From Dehalococcoidia bacterium (GTDB lineage Bacteria; Chloroflexota; Dehalococcoidia; Bin125): a DNA stretch of 64,000 nt. The DNA lies in NCBI GenBank assembly GCA_963663895.2, contig CAXXRD010000001.1, positions 576,001 through 640,000 on the forward strand, read 5' to 3'. A model generated the notes under the pieces. It saw only the letters and a list, made by a program, of their open reading frames with translations. It ran no database searches and was not told where the DNA came from. Positions 28,066-37,772 of this stretch are shown here, piece after piece. The translations under genes were made by a program, and so were the position numbers. Every line of letters begins with the position of its first letter. Position 1 is the first letter of the stretch.

Positions 28066-29364
28066 GTGGCGCAACCAGCGACCACGCTTCTCCTCTGGTG
28101 GTGGGGCGAAGACGAAGCCCCCGGCCTCGGCCGCTGGTTGCACAAGACGATCGAAGCGTTCCAGACCGCAACCCCCGGCGTCCGCGTGAAGGCGGATCTC
28201 GAAGAGGGCTGGGAGGTCGTGGACCGCTTCACCAAAGCGGCAGCGGCGCGGCAGCCGCCCGACCTCCAGTACTTCTGGAACGGCAGCTACCACATCGAAA
28301 ACGCCTGGCGCGGCTACATCGCCCCCCTCGAGCCGTTGATCCCAGCCAGCGAACTCGAACGGATGGGGAGCACGCCACTGAGTACCTACCGGAGCCAGAC
28401 GTTCCGGGCGGGCTGGTACCTGATTCCCGTCGTGTGGCTGGTCAACCGGCGCATTCTCCTCCAGTCGGGGGTCGACGCGGACGCCATCCCCCCGCGAACT
28501 TGGGACGATCTGCTGGCGCAGTGCGAGCAGGTCAAAGCCGCGGGCCACATCCCCATCGAAACCGGTGATCTTGAGGGGGATTTCAGCGTGTGGTGGCTGA
28601 CCCACTTCCTCGTGCAACAGTTCGACAGGCCGCGAGACGCCGGGCAACTGTTCCTCGGAGGGCTCGACTGGCGCGATCCGCCCCACTACGCCCACTGGGA
28701 CATGCTCAAGACGGTCTGGGAGGCCGGCTACATCAACGCCGACGCGCCGACAACCGACCTCTGGGAGGCCGTGCGCCGCTTCAGCGAAGGGCAGGGGGCG
28801 TTCACGCTGGCTTCGGGCCCGATGTTCCCCGCTTGCGAGCGGGCCCTCGGCGACGACGTGATCGTTGCCGTGGCGCCGGTCGCAGGCGGCGGCGCGCTGG
28901 CGGGGCTGCCCATCATCGACACGCAGGGGCTCGGCATCGCCAGTGACAGCGATCATCAGGAGGAAGCGGCGCGCTTCCTCCGCTTCCTGCACCGCACGGA
29001 GCAGCTGGATCGTCTCTGGGAGGAACTTCGCCTCCTGCCCGCGAACACGGCTTGGGGCGGAGGGGAACGGATCGCACACCCGGAGTACCGCAAGATGTGG
29101 GACGGGTTCGTCCGTGGTCCGGCGACGCTGTACCTGCCCGACCTGATGCCGGTCTACTTCCACTTCGAAGGCATGGCGCCGCTGGGGAGACGGATCATGG
29201 CCGGCGAACTGGACGGCGCTGGCGCCGCCGCCCATGCCGCCGAGGTGACGCGCCAGTGGCGCGCACGAACCAGCGACGAGGTGGAGCACTACCGGGTATG
29301 GATCGAGGGGCTGCCAGCCGAGACTCCCGATCGGGATACGGGGACACGAGGAACGCCTCCGTGA
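28066..29364 (+). CDS. Sugar-type (family 1) solute-binding protein, apparently without a signal peptide
   Basis: LWWWGE..IEAFQ..PGVRV..PPDL, PPRTWDDLLA, HQEEAARFLRFL; GTG start 1 nt after the CoxG stop. Confidence 0.75.
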   Translation: MAQPATTLLLWWWGEDEAPGLGRWLHKTIEAFQTATPGVRVKADLEEGWEVVDRFTKAAAARQPPDLQYFWNGSYHIENAWRGYIAPLEPLIPASELERMGSTPLSTYRSQTFRAGWYLIPVVWLVNRRILLQSGVDADAIPPRTWDDLLAQCEQVKAAGHIPIETGDLEGDFSVWWLTHFLVQQFDRPRDAGQLFLGGLDWRDPPHYAHWDMLKTVWEAGYINADAPTTDLWEAVRRFSEGQGAFTLASGPMFPACERALGDDVIVAVAPVAGGGALAGLPIIDTQGLGIASDSDHQEEAARFLRFLHRTEQLDRLWEELRLLPANTAWGGGERIAHPEYRKMWDGFVRGPATLYLPDLMPVYFHFEGMAPLGRRIMAGELDGAGAAAHAAEVTRQWRARTSDEVEHYRVWIEGLPAETPDRDTGTRGTPP

Positions 29365-29807
29365 GCGACCACGGCGCCGACATTCGCCAAATGCTCGAGG
29401 CCTTCTGGGTGAGCGACTGGAAGAAGGCCATGGCCTTCTTCGCGGATGACGCGATCTACGAGGACCCATTGCTCTCCGAGCCCGCCCGCGGCAAGGAGGC
29501 GATCCTGGCCGTGTTCCAGTACTGCCACCAATGGGGACGGCTGGAGGGAGAGATCCGCAGCTGCTTCAGCGGCGACGGCTTCGCGGTCGCCGAGCTTCGG
29601 ATCCGAGGCACCATGATCGCGCCGGCCGAAGGGATGCCGCCCGCAGTCGTGGGGCGGCGGTTCGACTTCGCGGAGGCGGACGTGTTCGAGCTCGACCCCG
29701 CCGGCAAGATCGTGCGGGAGACGATCTACCCAGACGTCTACACTTTCCTGCGCCAGATCGGCCTGGAGTCCGGCCACGGGAGTGACGCGGGGGAGGGAAA
29801 CCCCTGA
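29361..29807 (+). CDS. NTF2/SnoaL-like protein
   Basis: FFADDAIYEDP..RGKEAI..GKIVRETIY; GTGA overlap. Confidence 0.85.
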   Translation: MSDHGADIRQMLEAFWVSDWKKAMAFFADDAIYEDPLLSEPARGKEAILAVFQYCHQWGRLEGEIRSCFSGDGFAVAELRIRGTMIAPAEGMPPAVVGRRFDFAEADVFELDPAGKIVRETIYPDVYTFLRQIGLESGHGSDAGEGNP

Positions 29808-30853
29808 AAGCGGCACGCCTCCACAGCTATCGCGAGCCCTTGCGCCTGGAGGACGTGCCCGTCCCCGAGCCGCAAGCGGACGAGGTCCTGGTGCGCGTGG
29901 CCGGCGCCGGCGTCTGTCACTCCGACCTCTACGTCATCGATGGCGAGCTCTCCGAATACGTCTCGCTGCCGGTGACCATGGGGCACGAGATCGCCGGCTG
30001 GATCGCGAAGCCCGGACCGCGAGCCGGCGGCCTCATCCCCGGCGAGGCGGTGGCGGTGATGGTGGGGTGGGGGTGCGGCGCCTGTGAGTGGTGCATTACC
30101 GGACACGAGCAGATCTGCCCGCGCGGGAACGAGGCGGGCAGCACGATGGACGGCGGCTTCGCGGAGTACGTGCTGGTGCCCCACCCGCGGCACCTGGTCC
30201 CGCTGGGAACGCTCGACCCGATCGACGCCGCTCCGCTCGGCGACGCGGGCATCTCATCCTATGCGGCGGTGCGGCGCGTGCGCCCCTACCTCATGGGCGG
30301 CGCCGCGATCGTGATCATCGGCGTGGGCGGGCTGGGGCAGATGGCGGTGCAGATCGCGCGCACGCTCAGCGGCGCCCGCATCATCGCCGTCGATCGGCGG
30401 GCGGAGCAGCTCCAGCGCGCCCGGGACCTCGGCGCGGACGAGACGTTGGAAGCCGGCGACGGCGCCGCTGACCGCATCAAGGATCTGACCGGCGGCGAAG
30501 GCGCGCATGCCGTGCTCGACTTCGTCGGCACGGACGAGAGCCTGCAGCTCGCCGTCCAGATCGTGCGGCAGCGCGGCATCGTCGCGATGCTAGGGCTGGC
30601 CGGCGGCACGGTCCCCTTCGGCTTCTACACGCAAGCGCCCGAGGCCGTGCTGACGACCATTTACGCGGGCACCCGCGCCGACCTGGATGGCGTGGTCGCC
30701 CTGGCGCGCGCCGGCCGCATCGAGAGTCAGGTGACCCGCTACCCGCTGGACGACGTCAACGCTGCCCTCGACGACCTGCGCGCGGGACGCGTCAGCGGAC
30801 GCGCCGTGCTGGTGCCCTCGCAGCCGGACGCGAGCCCGCGACCCGATCGCTAG
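29804..30853 (+). CDS. Zinc-binding alcohol dehydrogenase; probable CTG start
   Basis: (M)KAARLH, GVCHSD, GHE, CGACEWC..C, GVGGLG, GRAVL; CTGA overlap with the upstream stop. Confidence 0.93.
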   Translation: MKAARLHSYREPLRLEDVPVPEPQADEVLVRVAGAGVCHSDLYVIDGELSEYVSLPVTMGHEIAGWIAKPGPRAGGLIPGEAVAVMVGWGCGACEWCITGHEQICPRGNEAGSTMDGGFAEYVLVPHPRHLVPLGTLDPIDAAPLGDAGISSYAAVRRVRPYLMGGAAIVIIGVGGLGQMAVQIARTLSGARIIAVDRRAEQLQRARDLGADETLEAGDGAADRIKDLTGGEGAHAVLDFVGTDESLQLAVQIVRQRGIVAMLGLAGGTVPFGFYTQAPEAVLTTIYAGTRADLDGVVALARAGRIESQVTRYPLDDVNAALDDLRAGRVSGRAVLVPSQPDASPRPDR

Positions 30854-31332
30854 GCTTCCACGATCTCGAAAAAGCAGAGGGGGTTGCCGTCGGGATCGTA
30901 GAGATAGGTCGTGTAGCTCTCCACCCCGTCCAGGAGGTAGTGCTGCGGATCCGCCACCACATCGACGCCCGCCGCGCGCAGCTCGGCGACCACCGCGACG
31001 CTGTCCCGCAGCGCGAACGGGACGATCGCGACGCCCGGGTCGGAGAAGGGCCGCTTGGGGCCCGGCGGACGCTTGGGCTGCACGTACTCGATCAGCTCCA
31101 GCTTGGAGCCGTCCTGCGCCTGCAGGAACGCGACCTTGATCCGCGCGCCGGGGATGCCGCAGACCCGCTCGTGGTAGGCGTCCCAGCGGGCCTGCTCGGC
31201 CGCATCCCATCCCGCGCCGGCGCCCTTCACCTCCACCACCTCCATCCCCAAGAGATCGCGGTAGAAGCCCAAGGCCCGATCCAGATCGCTGACCGTGAGG
31301 GCGGTGGTGTCGACGCCAGTGACGAGCGGCAT
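30850..31332 (-). CDS. VOC (glyoxalase) family protein
   Basis: LTVSDLDRALGFYRDLLG, LELIEY, YLYDPDGN; GGAGG RBS. Confidence 0.88.
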   Translation of the reverse strand: MPLVTGVDTTALTVSDLDRALGFYRDLLGMEVVEVKGAGAGWDAAEQARWDAYHERVCGIPGARIKVAFLQAQDGSKLELIEYVQPKRPPGPKRPFSDPGVAIVPFALRDSVAVVAELRAAGVDVVADPQHYLLDGVESYTTYLYDPDGNPLCFFEIVEA

Positions 31333-31492
31333 GGCCAAACCTCCAGGACGCCAGGCTAGCAAAGTGCCCCCGCCGCGACTCGGCGCGCGGGCGGCCACTC
31401 AGCCCGACCGAGGCCTAAAGGGGGTTCCAATCCGCGATGGCGCGCCCTGAATCGAGCGCTTTAGCCTGCCAAGATCAGCCGCAGCGTAGTGC

Positions 31493-31521
31493 GGGCCACC
31501 GGCTCAGTTAGTGGAGCAGCT
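31493..31521 (+). other. Degenerate tRNA 5'-half-like sequence
   Basis: GGGCCAC-CG-GCTC-AGTTAGTG-GAGC-A-GCT follows acceptor/D-arm spacing (GCTC pairs GAGC); no T-arm or 3' half found. Confidence 0.35.
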
Positions 31522-31615
31522 TTTGTCCACCTCTTGAGAGACCGCCGGGCGGCAGGGTCAAGTAGCGTGGTAATTAATCCCTATAGTCCCCTTATCGAGA
31601 GCATGGGAGGGGATC

Positions 31616-32473
31616 GTGGCGAGCATATTCACGGCGATCGATGTTGAGACAGCGAATCCCAACATGTCATCGATCTGCTCCATCGGCGCAGCAACATTTG
31701 AGGACGGCAGGTTGGCGGGGGAGTGGTACTCGCTCATCAACCCTCGCGATTGGTTCTCACCGATCAACACAGCAATACACGGAATCGGCGAGAACGATGT
31801 CGAAGGGGCCAGAACGTTCGGCGACGCGCTGCACGAGCTTCGCGACGTGATGGACGGTTGCGTGGTCGTACATCACACGCACTTCGATCGTACGGCGATA
31901 GCGCAGGCCGCGCAGCGTTGGGGCGTTGACATTCCTGACTGCATCTGGCTTGACTCCGCCCGCGTTGCGCGCCGGGCTTGGACGGAAGTCTCGCGACGCG
32001 GGTACGGACTCGCCAATCTGTGTGAGCTGATCGGATATGACTTCGACCATCACCATGCCCTCGAAGATGCAAAGGCAGCAGGGCAAGTGATCATTGCAGC
32101 AATGGAAAGCACCGGCCTTGCTCTCCCCGACCTCGTCAGGCGATCAGTGGCACCCATCAATCCTCAAGCGTCGGATCCCCGCAGAGAAGGAAACCCGGAG
32201 GGGGTGCTGTTCGGAGAGACGGTAGTGTTCACCGGGGCGCTGACCATGGTTCGGTCAGAGGCAGCCAGCTTGGCGGCGTCCGTCGGCTGCAACGTTGACG
32301 GGAGCGTCACGATGAAAACCACTGTTCTCGTCGTGGGAGATAGCGATATCAGGAAGCTCGTGGGACACGACAAGAGTTCCAAGCATCGTAAAGCTGAGAA
32401 TCTGATAGAGAAGGGCATCCCCATCAGGATCGTGGGGGAGGCAGACTTCATGGCGATGGTTGCCGGAGCCTAG
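31616..32473 (+). CDS. DEDDh 3'-5' exonuclease (DNA pol III epsilon-like) with C-terminal BRCT domain
   Basis: AIDVETAN, HHTHFD, HHHALEDA; BRCT VVFTGAL..R.EA..G..V..SVT.KT..LVVG..SSK..KA; GGGAGG RBS; visibly lower GC. Confidence 0.9.
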   Translation: MASIFTAIDVETANPNMSSICSIGAATFEDGRLAGEWYSLINPRDWFSPINTAIHGIGENDVEGARTFGDALHELRDVMDGCVVVHHTHFDRTAIAQAAQRWGVDIPDCIWLDSARVARRAWTEVSRRGYGLANLCELIGYDFDHHHALEDAKAAGQVIIAAMESTGLALPDLVRRSVAPINPQASDPRREGNPEGVLFGETVVFTGALTMVRSEAASLAASVGCNVDGSVTMKTTVLVVGDSDIRKLVGHDKSSKHRKAENLIEKGIPIRIVGEADFMAMVAGA

Positions 32474-32520
32474 AAGGCGCGAGATGCCACCAACCGAGCA
32501 AGAACAGCAGTGCTGCGGTC

Positions 32521-32765
32521 TTACGCGACCAGTTCGCGGTACGACAGCGTCTCTGTCCGCACGATGCGCCGCAGCGTGTCGATGAAGATCTGCTCGTTGT
32601 CGCGGTTGTTGTAGCGCCACTCCGGCTCCGACAGGCAGCGGTCCAGATGCTTCGCGCTGACCTTGTGGATGACCCCATTAGACTGCGTTTGAAGAGCCTC
32701 CACATGCCCTCGATCGAGTTCGTGTGCACGTCGCCGATCATCCACTGCTCTCCCGAGTGATTCGC
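32521..32765 (-). mobile_element. IS1595-family (ISXO2-like DDE) transposase C-terminal remnant, frameshifted
   Basis: NHS..W..GDVHTNSIEGMWRLFKRSLMG / (frameshift near 32670) HKVSAKHLDRCLSE.EWRYNNR..LSYRELVA. Confidence 0.85.
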
Positions 32766-32901
32766 ATTTCAGAGCCCAAGATGAAACTCTGCCGTCTGTC
32801 GCACGGGGAATGCTTGATCGCCGGGCGACGCGACTGACAGAATCGCCCCCACTTCAGCGGTCCCCACACGTTTCCACGGGCGACGAAGGCAGGGGTGGGA
32901 G

Positions 32902-34323
32902 ATGACCAACGCCGATCTGGATCTCTGCTATCTCACGGGGACGGAAGCGCTGGAGCGGTTCCGCAATCGCTCGCTCTCGCCCGTTGAGCTCATGGAGTCC
33001 GTGATCGCCCGCGCCGAGGCGGTCAACCCCCAACTCAACGCCGTCACCTACGACTTTTACGAGCGCGCGCGCACGCAAGCCCGGAAAGCGGAAGCGCGAT
33101 ACATGGGCGACGGCCGGCCGCGCGCGCTGGAGGGCCTCCCGGTCGCGATCAAGGACTTTCACCCCGTCAAGGGAGAGATCACCACCTTCGGCTCGAAGAT
33201 CTTCGAGGACTTCCGGCCCGACTACACCGCTCCCACCGTCGACCGGCTCTTCCGCGCCGGCGCCATCATGCATCTGCGCACCACCACGCCCGAGTTCGCC
33301 TACTCCGGCGCCACGCACAGCCCGCTGTGGGGGATCACCCCCAACCCCTGGAACCTGGCGTACACCTCGGGGGGCTCCTCCGGCGGCGGCGCCGCCGCCG
33401 TGGCGGCCGGCATGACCACCCTCGCCGACGGCACCGACGGCGGCGGCTCGATCCGGATCCCCTCGTCGGCCTGCGGGGTCGTGGGCTACAAGCCACCCTT
33501 CGGCCGCAACCCGCTGGACCGCGACCACCCCTTGGAAACGATCCTGCACTACGGCCCGATCGTCCGCAGCGTGGCGGACGCGGCGCTGATGCAGAACGTG
33601 ATGTCCGGTCCGCACCCGGAGGACCTCTGCACGCTCCCCCAGCGGGTACGGCTCCCGCTCGACCCCAAGGGCGTCAAGGGATGGAAGATCGCCTTCTCCA
33701 TGGATCTCGGATACGTGGAGGTGGACCCAGAGGTCCAGGAGAACACCCGGGCGGCGGTCGCGACGCTGCGGGAGATGGGTTGCCAGGTCGATGAGGTGGA
33801 CTTGGGATGGAACTGGGGCGTGCTCGACACCTGGATGACCCACTGGGAGGGGCTGTTCGCCGCCGTCGCGGGCGACTTTCTCCCGCGCTGGCGCTACGAG
33901 ATGGACCCGTACGTCGTGCGGCTACTCGAGAACAGGCTCGGCCACAGCGCCTCCCGGCTCTATCGCTGCAACCTGTTCCGGGGCGAGATGTGGCGCAAGC
34001 TCCAGCCCGTCCTGCGGAGATACAACGCCCTCGTCTGTCCCACGCTCGCGGTCCCGGCGGTCAAGGCGGATCACAACGACGCCGACCCCGACTTCCGAAT
34101 CAACGGCCAGCCGATCCAGGCCTACGTCGGCTGGGTCATGACGCACGGCTTCAATCTCGTCAGTCAATGCCCCGTCATGAGCGTGCCGACCGGTCTCTCG
34201 TCCTTCGGCATCCCCACGGGGATGCAGATCGTGGGCAGGCCCTTCGACGATCCCAGCGTCTTCCGCATCGCCACGGCCTTCGAACGGGCGCAGCCCTGGC
34301 GCGACCAGCGTCCGCCGATCTAG
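32902..34323 (+). CDS. Amidase (amidase signature family)
   Basis: GLPVAIKD, GGSSGG, GTDGGGSIRIPS, GIPTGMQIVG. Confidence 0.95.
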   Translation: MTNADLDLCYLTGTEALERFRNRSLSPVELMESVIARAEAVNPQLNAVTYDFYERARTQARKAEARYMGDGRPRALEGLPVAIKDFHPVKGEITTFGSKIFEDFRPDYTAPTVDRLFRAGAIMHLRTTTPEFAYSGATHSPLWGITPNPWNLAYTSGGSSGGGAAAVAAGMTTLADGTDGGGSIRIPSSACGVVGYKPPFGRNPLDRDHPLETILHYGPIVRSVADAALMQNVMSGPHPEDLCTLPQRVRLPLDPKGVKGWKIAFSMDLGYVEVDPEVQENTRAAVATLREMGCQVDEVDLGWNWGVLDTWMTHWEGLFAAVAGDFLPRWRYEMDPYVVRLLENRLGHSASRLYRCNLFRGEMWRKLQPVLRRYNALVCPTLAVPAVKADHNDADPDFRINGQPIQAYVGWVMTHGFNLVSQCPVMSVPTGLSSFGIPTGMQIVGRPFDDPSVFRIATAFERAQPWRDQRPPI

Positions 34324-34470
34324 CAGGGCGCGGATCCCGGAAGCCCGCCGCGCGGGGGAAGCGCGAGACGGCGGACCGCGGCGCCGATCAGCCGCGCGCG
34401 GCGGCGCCCACGATCCCGCCACGCTCCCGAGGCGCCGGGGCCGGCGAGAGACGCCCGCGGGCGAAGGAGA

Positions 34471-35604
34471 TCACCCGCTCGCAGCCACGGCGCGCGGATC
34501 CCAGGCGTGCACGTGCGGAAGCACGTGCTCCGCGAAGAGCCGCATGCTGCGCTCCGCCACGTCCGCGGGCATGCCGCCGTAGCGGAAGCTGAAGATGAAC
34601 TCCTCGGCGCTCGTCATCCGTTGGATGTACTCGATCTTCTCAAGGCACTGCTGCGGCGTGCCCCAAGCCTGGGGCTCGGCGTTGAACTCGCCGATCTCCT
34701 CGGGCGTCTTCTTCGTCAGGGTCTTGCCGAAACTGGCGTAGTAGTCGTAGCCGGCGGCGTTCTTGAACTGCGCGCTATCGGTGAAATGGTAATGACGCTC
34801 GATACTGTCCTGCATCTCGACCGTATGCCGCAGGATCACCTCCCAGGCCTCGTCTTCCGAGTCGGCGCAGCTCACGTTCACCACCACCGTCGGCTGGAGC
34901 GGCTCCCAGCCCCGCTCCGCACGCACGGCGTTGAAATCCCGCACGTCCTTCTGATATCCGTCCCAGCTCTTCTGGTTCGTGAGCAGCATGCCCACCCCGG
35001 CGTTCGCCAAGATCGACAAGCTCTCGGGGCTCACCCAGGCCGCCTTGAGCGTGCCGGCCAGGTTCGCCGTGCGCGGCCGCGGCCGGATGGTGGTCTCCGG
35101 GATCGTGAAGTGCTCGCCCTCGAACGAGAACCACTCCTGGGTGAGCGCCAAGCGGATGATCTCGATCGACTCCATGAAGCGGCCGCGTGACTCACTCAAG
35201 GGAACGCGGTAGGTGTCGAACTCGCGCTGCGCCACGCCGCGGCCCACGCCCAGGATCAAGCGCCGGCCCTGAAGCATGTGATCCAGCACGCAGATCTGCT
35301 CCGCGATCGTGATGGGGTCGTACCAGGGCAGAACGATCACCATCGAGCCGACGTCCAGACGCGAACTCAGCCCCGCAAAGTGGCTCAACTGGAACAAGGG
35401 GCTCCCGCTCATGATGTAGGGAGCGAAATGGTGGTCGAGCGCCCACATCGCGTCGAAGCCGAGCGGATCGGCAAGGCCATAGAGACGCAGCTCTTCGTCC
35501 CAGATCTGCTGGTCCGAGACGACCGGCGCGCGATCGACCGCCTTGGCCTCGAAGCGTTCCCAGTCCTGGTAATTCTGAAAGTTGAAGCAGACACCAGCCT
35601 TCAT
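34471..35604 (-). CDS. LLM class flavin-dependent oxidoreductase
   Basis: DHHF, LPWYDPITIAEQICVLDHMLQGR..GVGRG, GTPQQC, SMRLFAEHV; AAGGAG RBS. Confidence 0.92.
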   Translation of the reverse strand: MKAGVCFNFQNYQDWERFEAKAVDRAPVVSDQQIWDEELRLYGLADPLGFDAMWALDHHFAPYIMSGSPLFQLSHFAGLSSRLDVGSMVIVLPWYDPITIAEQICVLDHMLQGRRLILGVGRGVAQREFDTYRVPLSESRGRFMESIEIIRLALTQEWFSFEGEHFTIPETTIRPRPRTANLAGTLKAAWVSPESLSILANAGVGMLLTNQKSWDGYQKDVRDFNAVRAERGWEPLQPTVVVNVSCADSEDEAWEVILRHTVEMQDSIERHYHFTDSAQFKNAAGYDYYASFGKTLTKKTPEEIGEFNAEPQAWGTPQQCLEKIEYIQRMTSAEEFIFSFRYGGMPADVAERSMRLFAEHVLPHVHAWDPRAVAASG

Positions 35605-36040
35605 CTTGGACTCCTTGCTCCACGAAACCAGAGCGCCTGGGAGAGGCCGCGACACGGCCCACCCGCACCGCGCAGGCTACATCCGCTGCCCCCATCGCCG
35701 CTAGACGCAATCGAGCCGGTACCCGTTTCCCGGCCACGAGTTTCGGAGAGCTTGCGCCGCGTGGAGGCCGGATGCGCAGGTCAAGCAGCGCTTCTCGGAC
35801 TTTGCCGGTCTCCCCGCGGCGATGCAGCGCCGGACAACGCCCGCGGTCCAACCCTAGCCGGGCCGCTCTTCCGGGAACGGGCACCTCGCTCCCAGCGCCA
35901 CGCCCCTGCCTGCCCCCTGTTAACTCTCAAACTTATGTTGTGAAACCAGAGGACTCGCAACAGGAACCCGCTCCCATGACGACCAAACGCGATGGCGGGT
36001 GCGTTCCGCGCGCGCTAGCAACCACGGTGCGGCTGCTCCT

Positions 36041-37301
36041 ATGACTGTACGCCCTCCCAACCGCCTCGCTCGCCGGCTCGGCCTCGGCGGCGCGACCGTG
36101 ATCGGTCTCGGATCGATGATGGACGCGGGGCATCTTCATCGCAGTGGGCCCTGCTGCCGCCGCCGTCGGCTCGGGGCTGCTGCTGGCGCTGGCGCTGGCC
36201 GCGGCGGTCGCCACATGCAACGCCACCGCCTCCGCCCGCCTCGCGGCTCGCTACCCGGCCTCGGGCGGCACCTACGTCTACGGCCGCGAGCGGCTCGGCA
36301 GCGGCTGGGGCTTCATCGCCGGCTGGGCCTTCCTGGCGGGGAAGATCGCGACGGCCGCCACCATTGCCCTCGCTTTCGCGGCGCACACGGCGCCAGGCGC
36401 CGAACGCCCGGTCGCCGTCGCGGTGGTGGCGCTCTTCACAGCAGTCAACCTGCTCGGGATCACCAAGACCGCCTGGGGCACCGGCGCACTCGTCGCGATC
36501 GTCCTGGCCATGCTGGCGATCACCGTCGGCGCCATGCTCGGCGGCGGCACCGTCACCAGCAGCCACCTCACGCCGTTCTGGCCGAGCGATCATCCCCTTG
36601 ATCTGTTGCGCGGGGCCGGCTTTCTCTTCTACGCCTTCGCCGGCTACGCACGGATCGCGACTCTCGGCGAGGAGGTCAGGCACCCGGCTCGCACCATTCC
36701 TCGCGCCATCGCGCTTGCCCTGGTGACCGTCCTCGGCGTCTACGCACTCGTCGCCATCAGCGCCATCCTCGCGGCCGGACCGCAGCAGCTTGCCGGCACG
36801 GACACGCCGATCCTCGCGGCCGTCGAGCTCGGCTCCTTGAACGAACTCGCCCCCGCCGTCCGCATCGGCGCCGCCATCGCAGCACTCAGCGTCCTCGTCG
36901 CCCTGCTCGCGGGCACCAGCCGCACCGTCTTCGCAATGGCGGCCAACGCAGACCTCCCGCCTCCTCTCGCCGCCGTCCAACCCCGAACGCAGGTCCCACA
37001 TCGCGCCGAGCTGCTGGTGGCGGCGCTGGTGATGATCGCGGTCGCCTTTTTCAACCTCCGCGAAGCGCTCGGCTTTGCCGCCTTCACGGTCCTCGCCTAT
37101 TACGCGATCACGAACCTATCCGCCTGGACCCTCAGCGGCCCGCGCTCCTTGCCGCTGCGCTTGGTCGCCACGCTCGGCCTCATCGGCTGCGGCGCCCTGG
37201 CGATCGCCCTCCCCACCGAATCCGTCATCAGCGGAGCAGCCGTCCTAGCGGTGGGCTTCGCGGTCTGGCTTATTCGGCGACGACTCTTAACCGATCGCTA
37301 A
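36041..37301 (+). pseudogene. APC-family amino acid permease with a frameshift near 36125-36130 (pseudogene or sequencing error)
   Basis: LARRLGLGGATVIGLGSMM.AG in one frame continues as IFIAVGPAAA..YPASGGTYVYG..FYAFAGYARIATLGEEV in another; one extra G in GCGGGGC. Confidence 0.8.
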
Positions 37302-37303
37302 CC
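37286..37303 (+). promoter_or_regulatory. Putative Pho-box-like direct repeat upstream of arsC
   Basis: CTTAACC (37286) and GCTAACC (37297), 11 bp apart. Confidence 0.45.
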
Positions 37304-37343
37304 TTCAACCCGGATCATTTTCCTAGCCTGCGCCACAGATTCC

Positions 37344-37772
37344 ATGAGCCAGCCCAACCGCGGCCTGCCACACTACCTCTTTATCTGCGTGCACAACGCC
37401 GGCCGGTCGCAGATGGCGGCCGCGATCTGCGACCGGCTCGCGGGCGGGCGGGCACGCGCCTCCTCCGCAGGAACGCAGCCCGCTCCGCACATCAACCCCA
37501 CCGTCGTCGAAGCACTGGCCGAGATCGGCATCGACATCTCCACCCGGCAACCGCAGCTCCTCAGCGACGACCTCGCCGCCGGCGCTCAGCGCGTCATCGC
37601 CATGGGTTGCTCCATTGAAGAGGCCTGTCCATCCATCCAGACCGACAAAAACTGGGACCTGCTCGACCCCGCCGGACGCTCGCTGGCCGAAGTCCGCGCC
37701 ATCCGCGACGAGATCTACCAGCGCGTCCAAGGGCTGCTTGAGCGGGCTGCTACTCCAAGCGGCAAGACGTGA
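37344..37772 (+). CDS. arsC: Arsenate reductase, LMW-PTPase family
   Basis: LFICVHNAGRSQMA, SAGT, MGC..EACP, WDLLDP..VRAIRDEI. Confidence 0.88.
   Translation: MSQPNRGLPHYLFICVHNAGRSQMAAAICDRLAGGRARASSAGTQPAPHINPTVVEALAEIGIDISTRQPQLLSDDLAAGAQRVIAMGCSIEEACPSIQTDKNWDLLDPAGRSLAEVRAIRDEIYQRVQGLLERAATPSGKT

Noticed and set aside
31493-31570. Complete tRNA gene
   Set aside because: Only a D-arm-like 5' part; lacks T8-A9, the anticodon arm, the GTTC T-loop and a 3' acceptor strand
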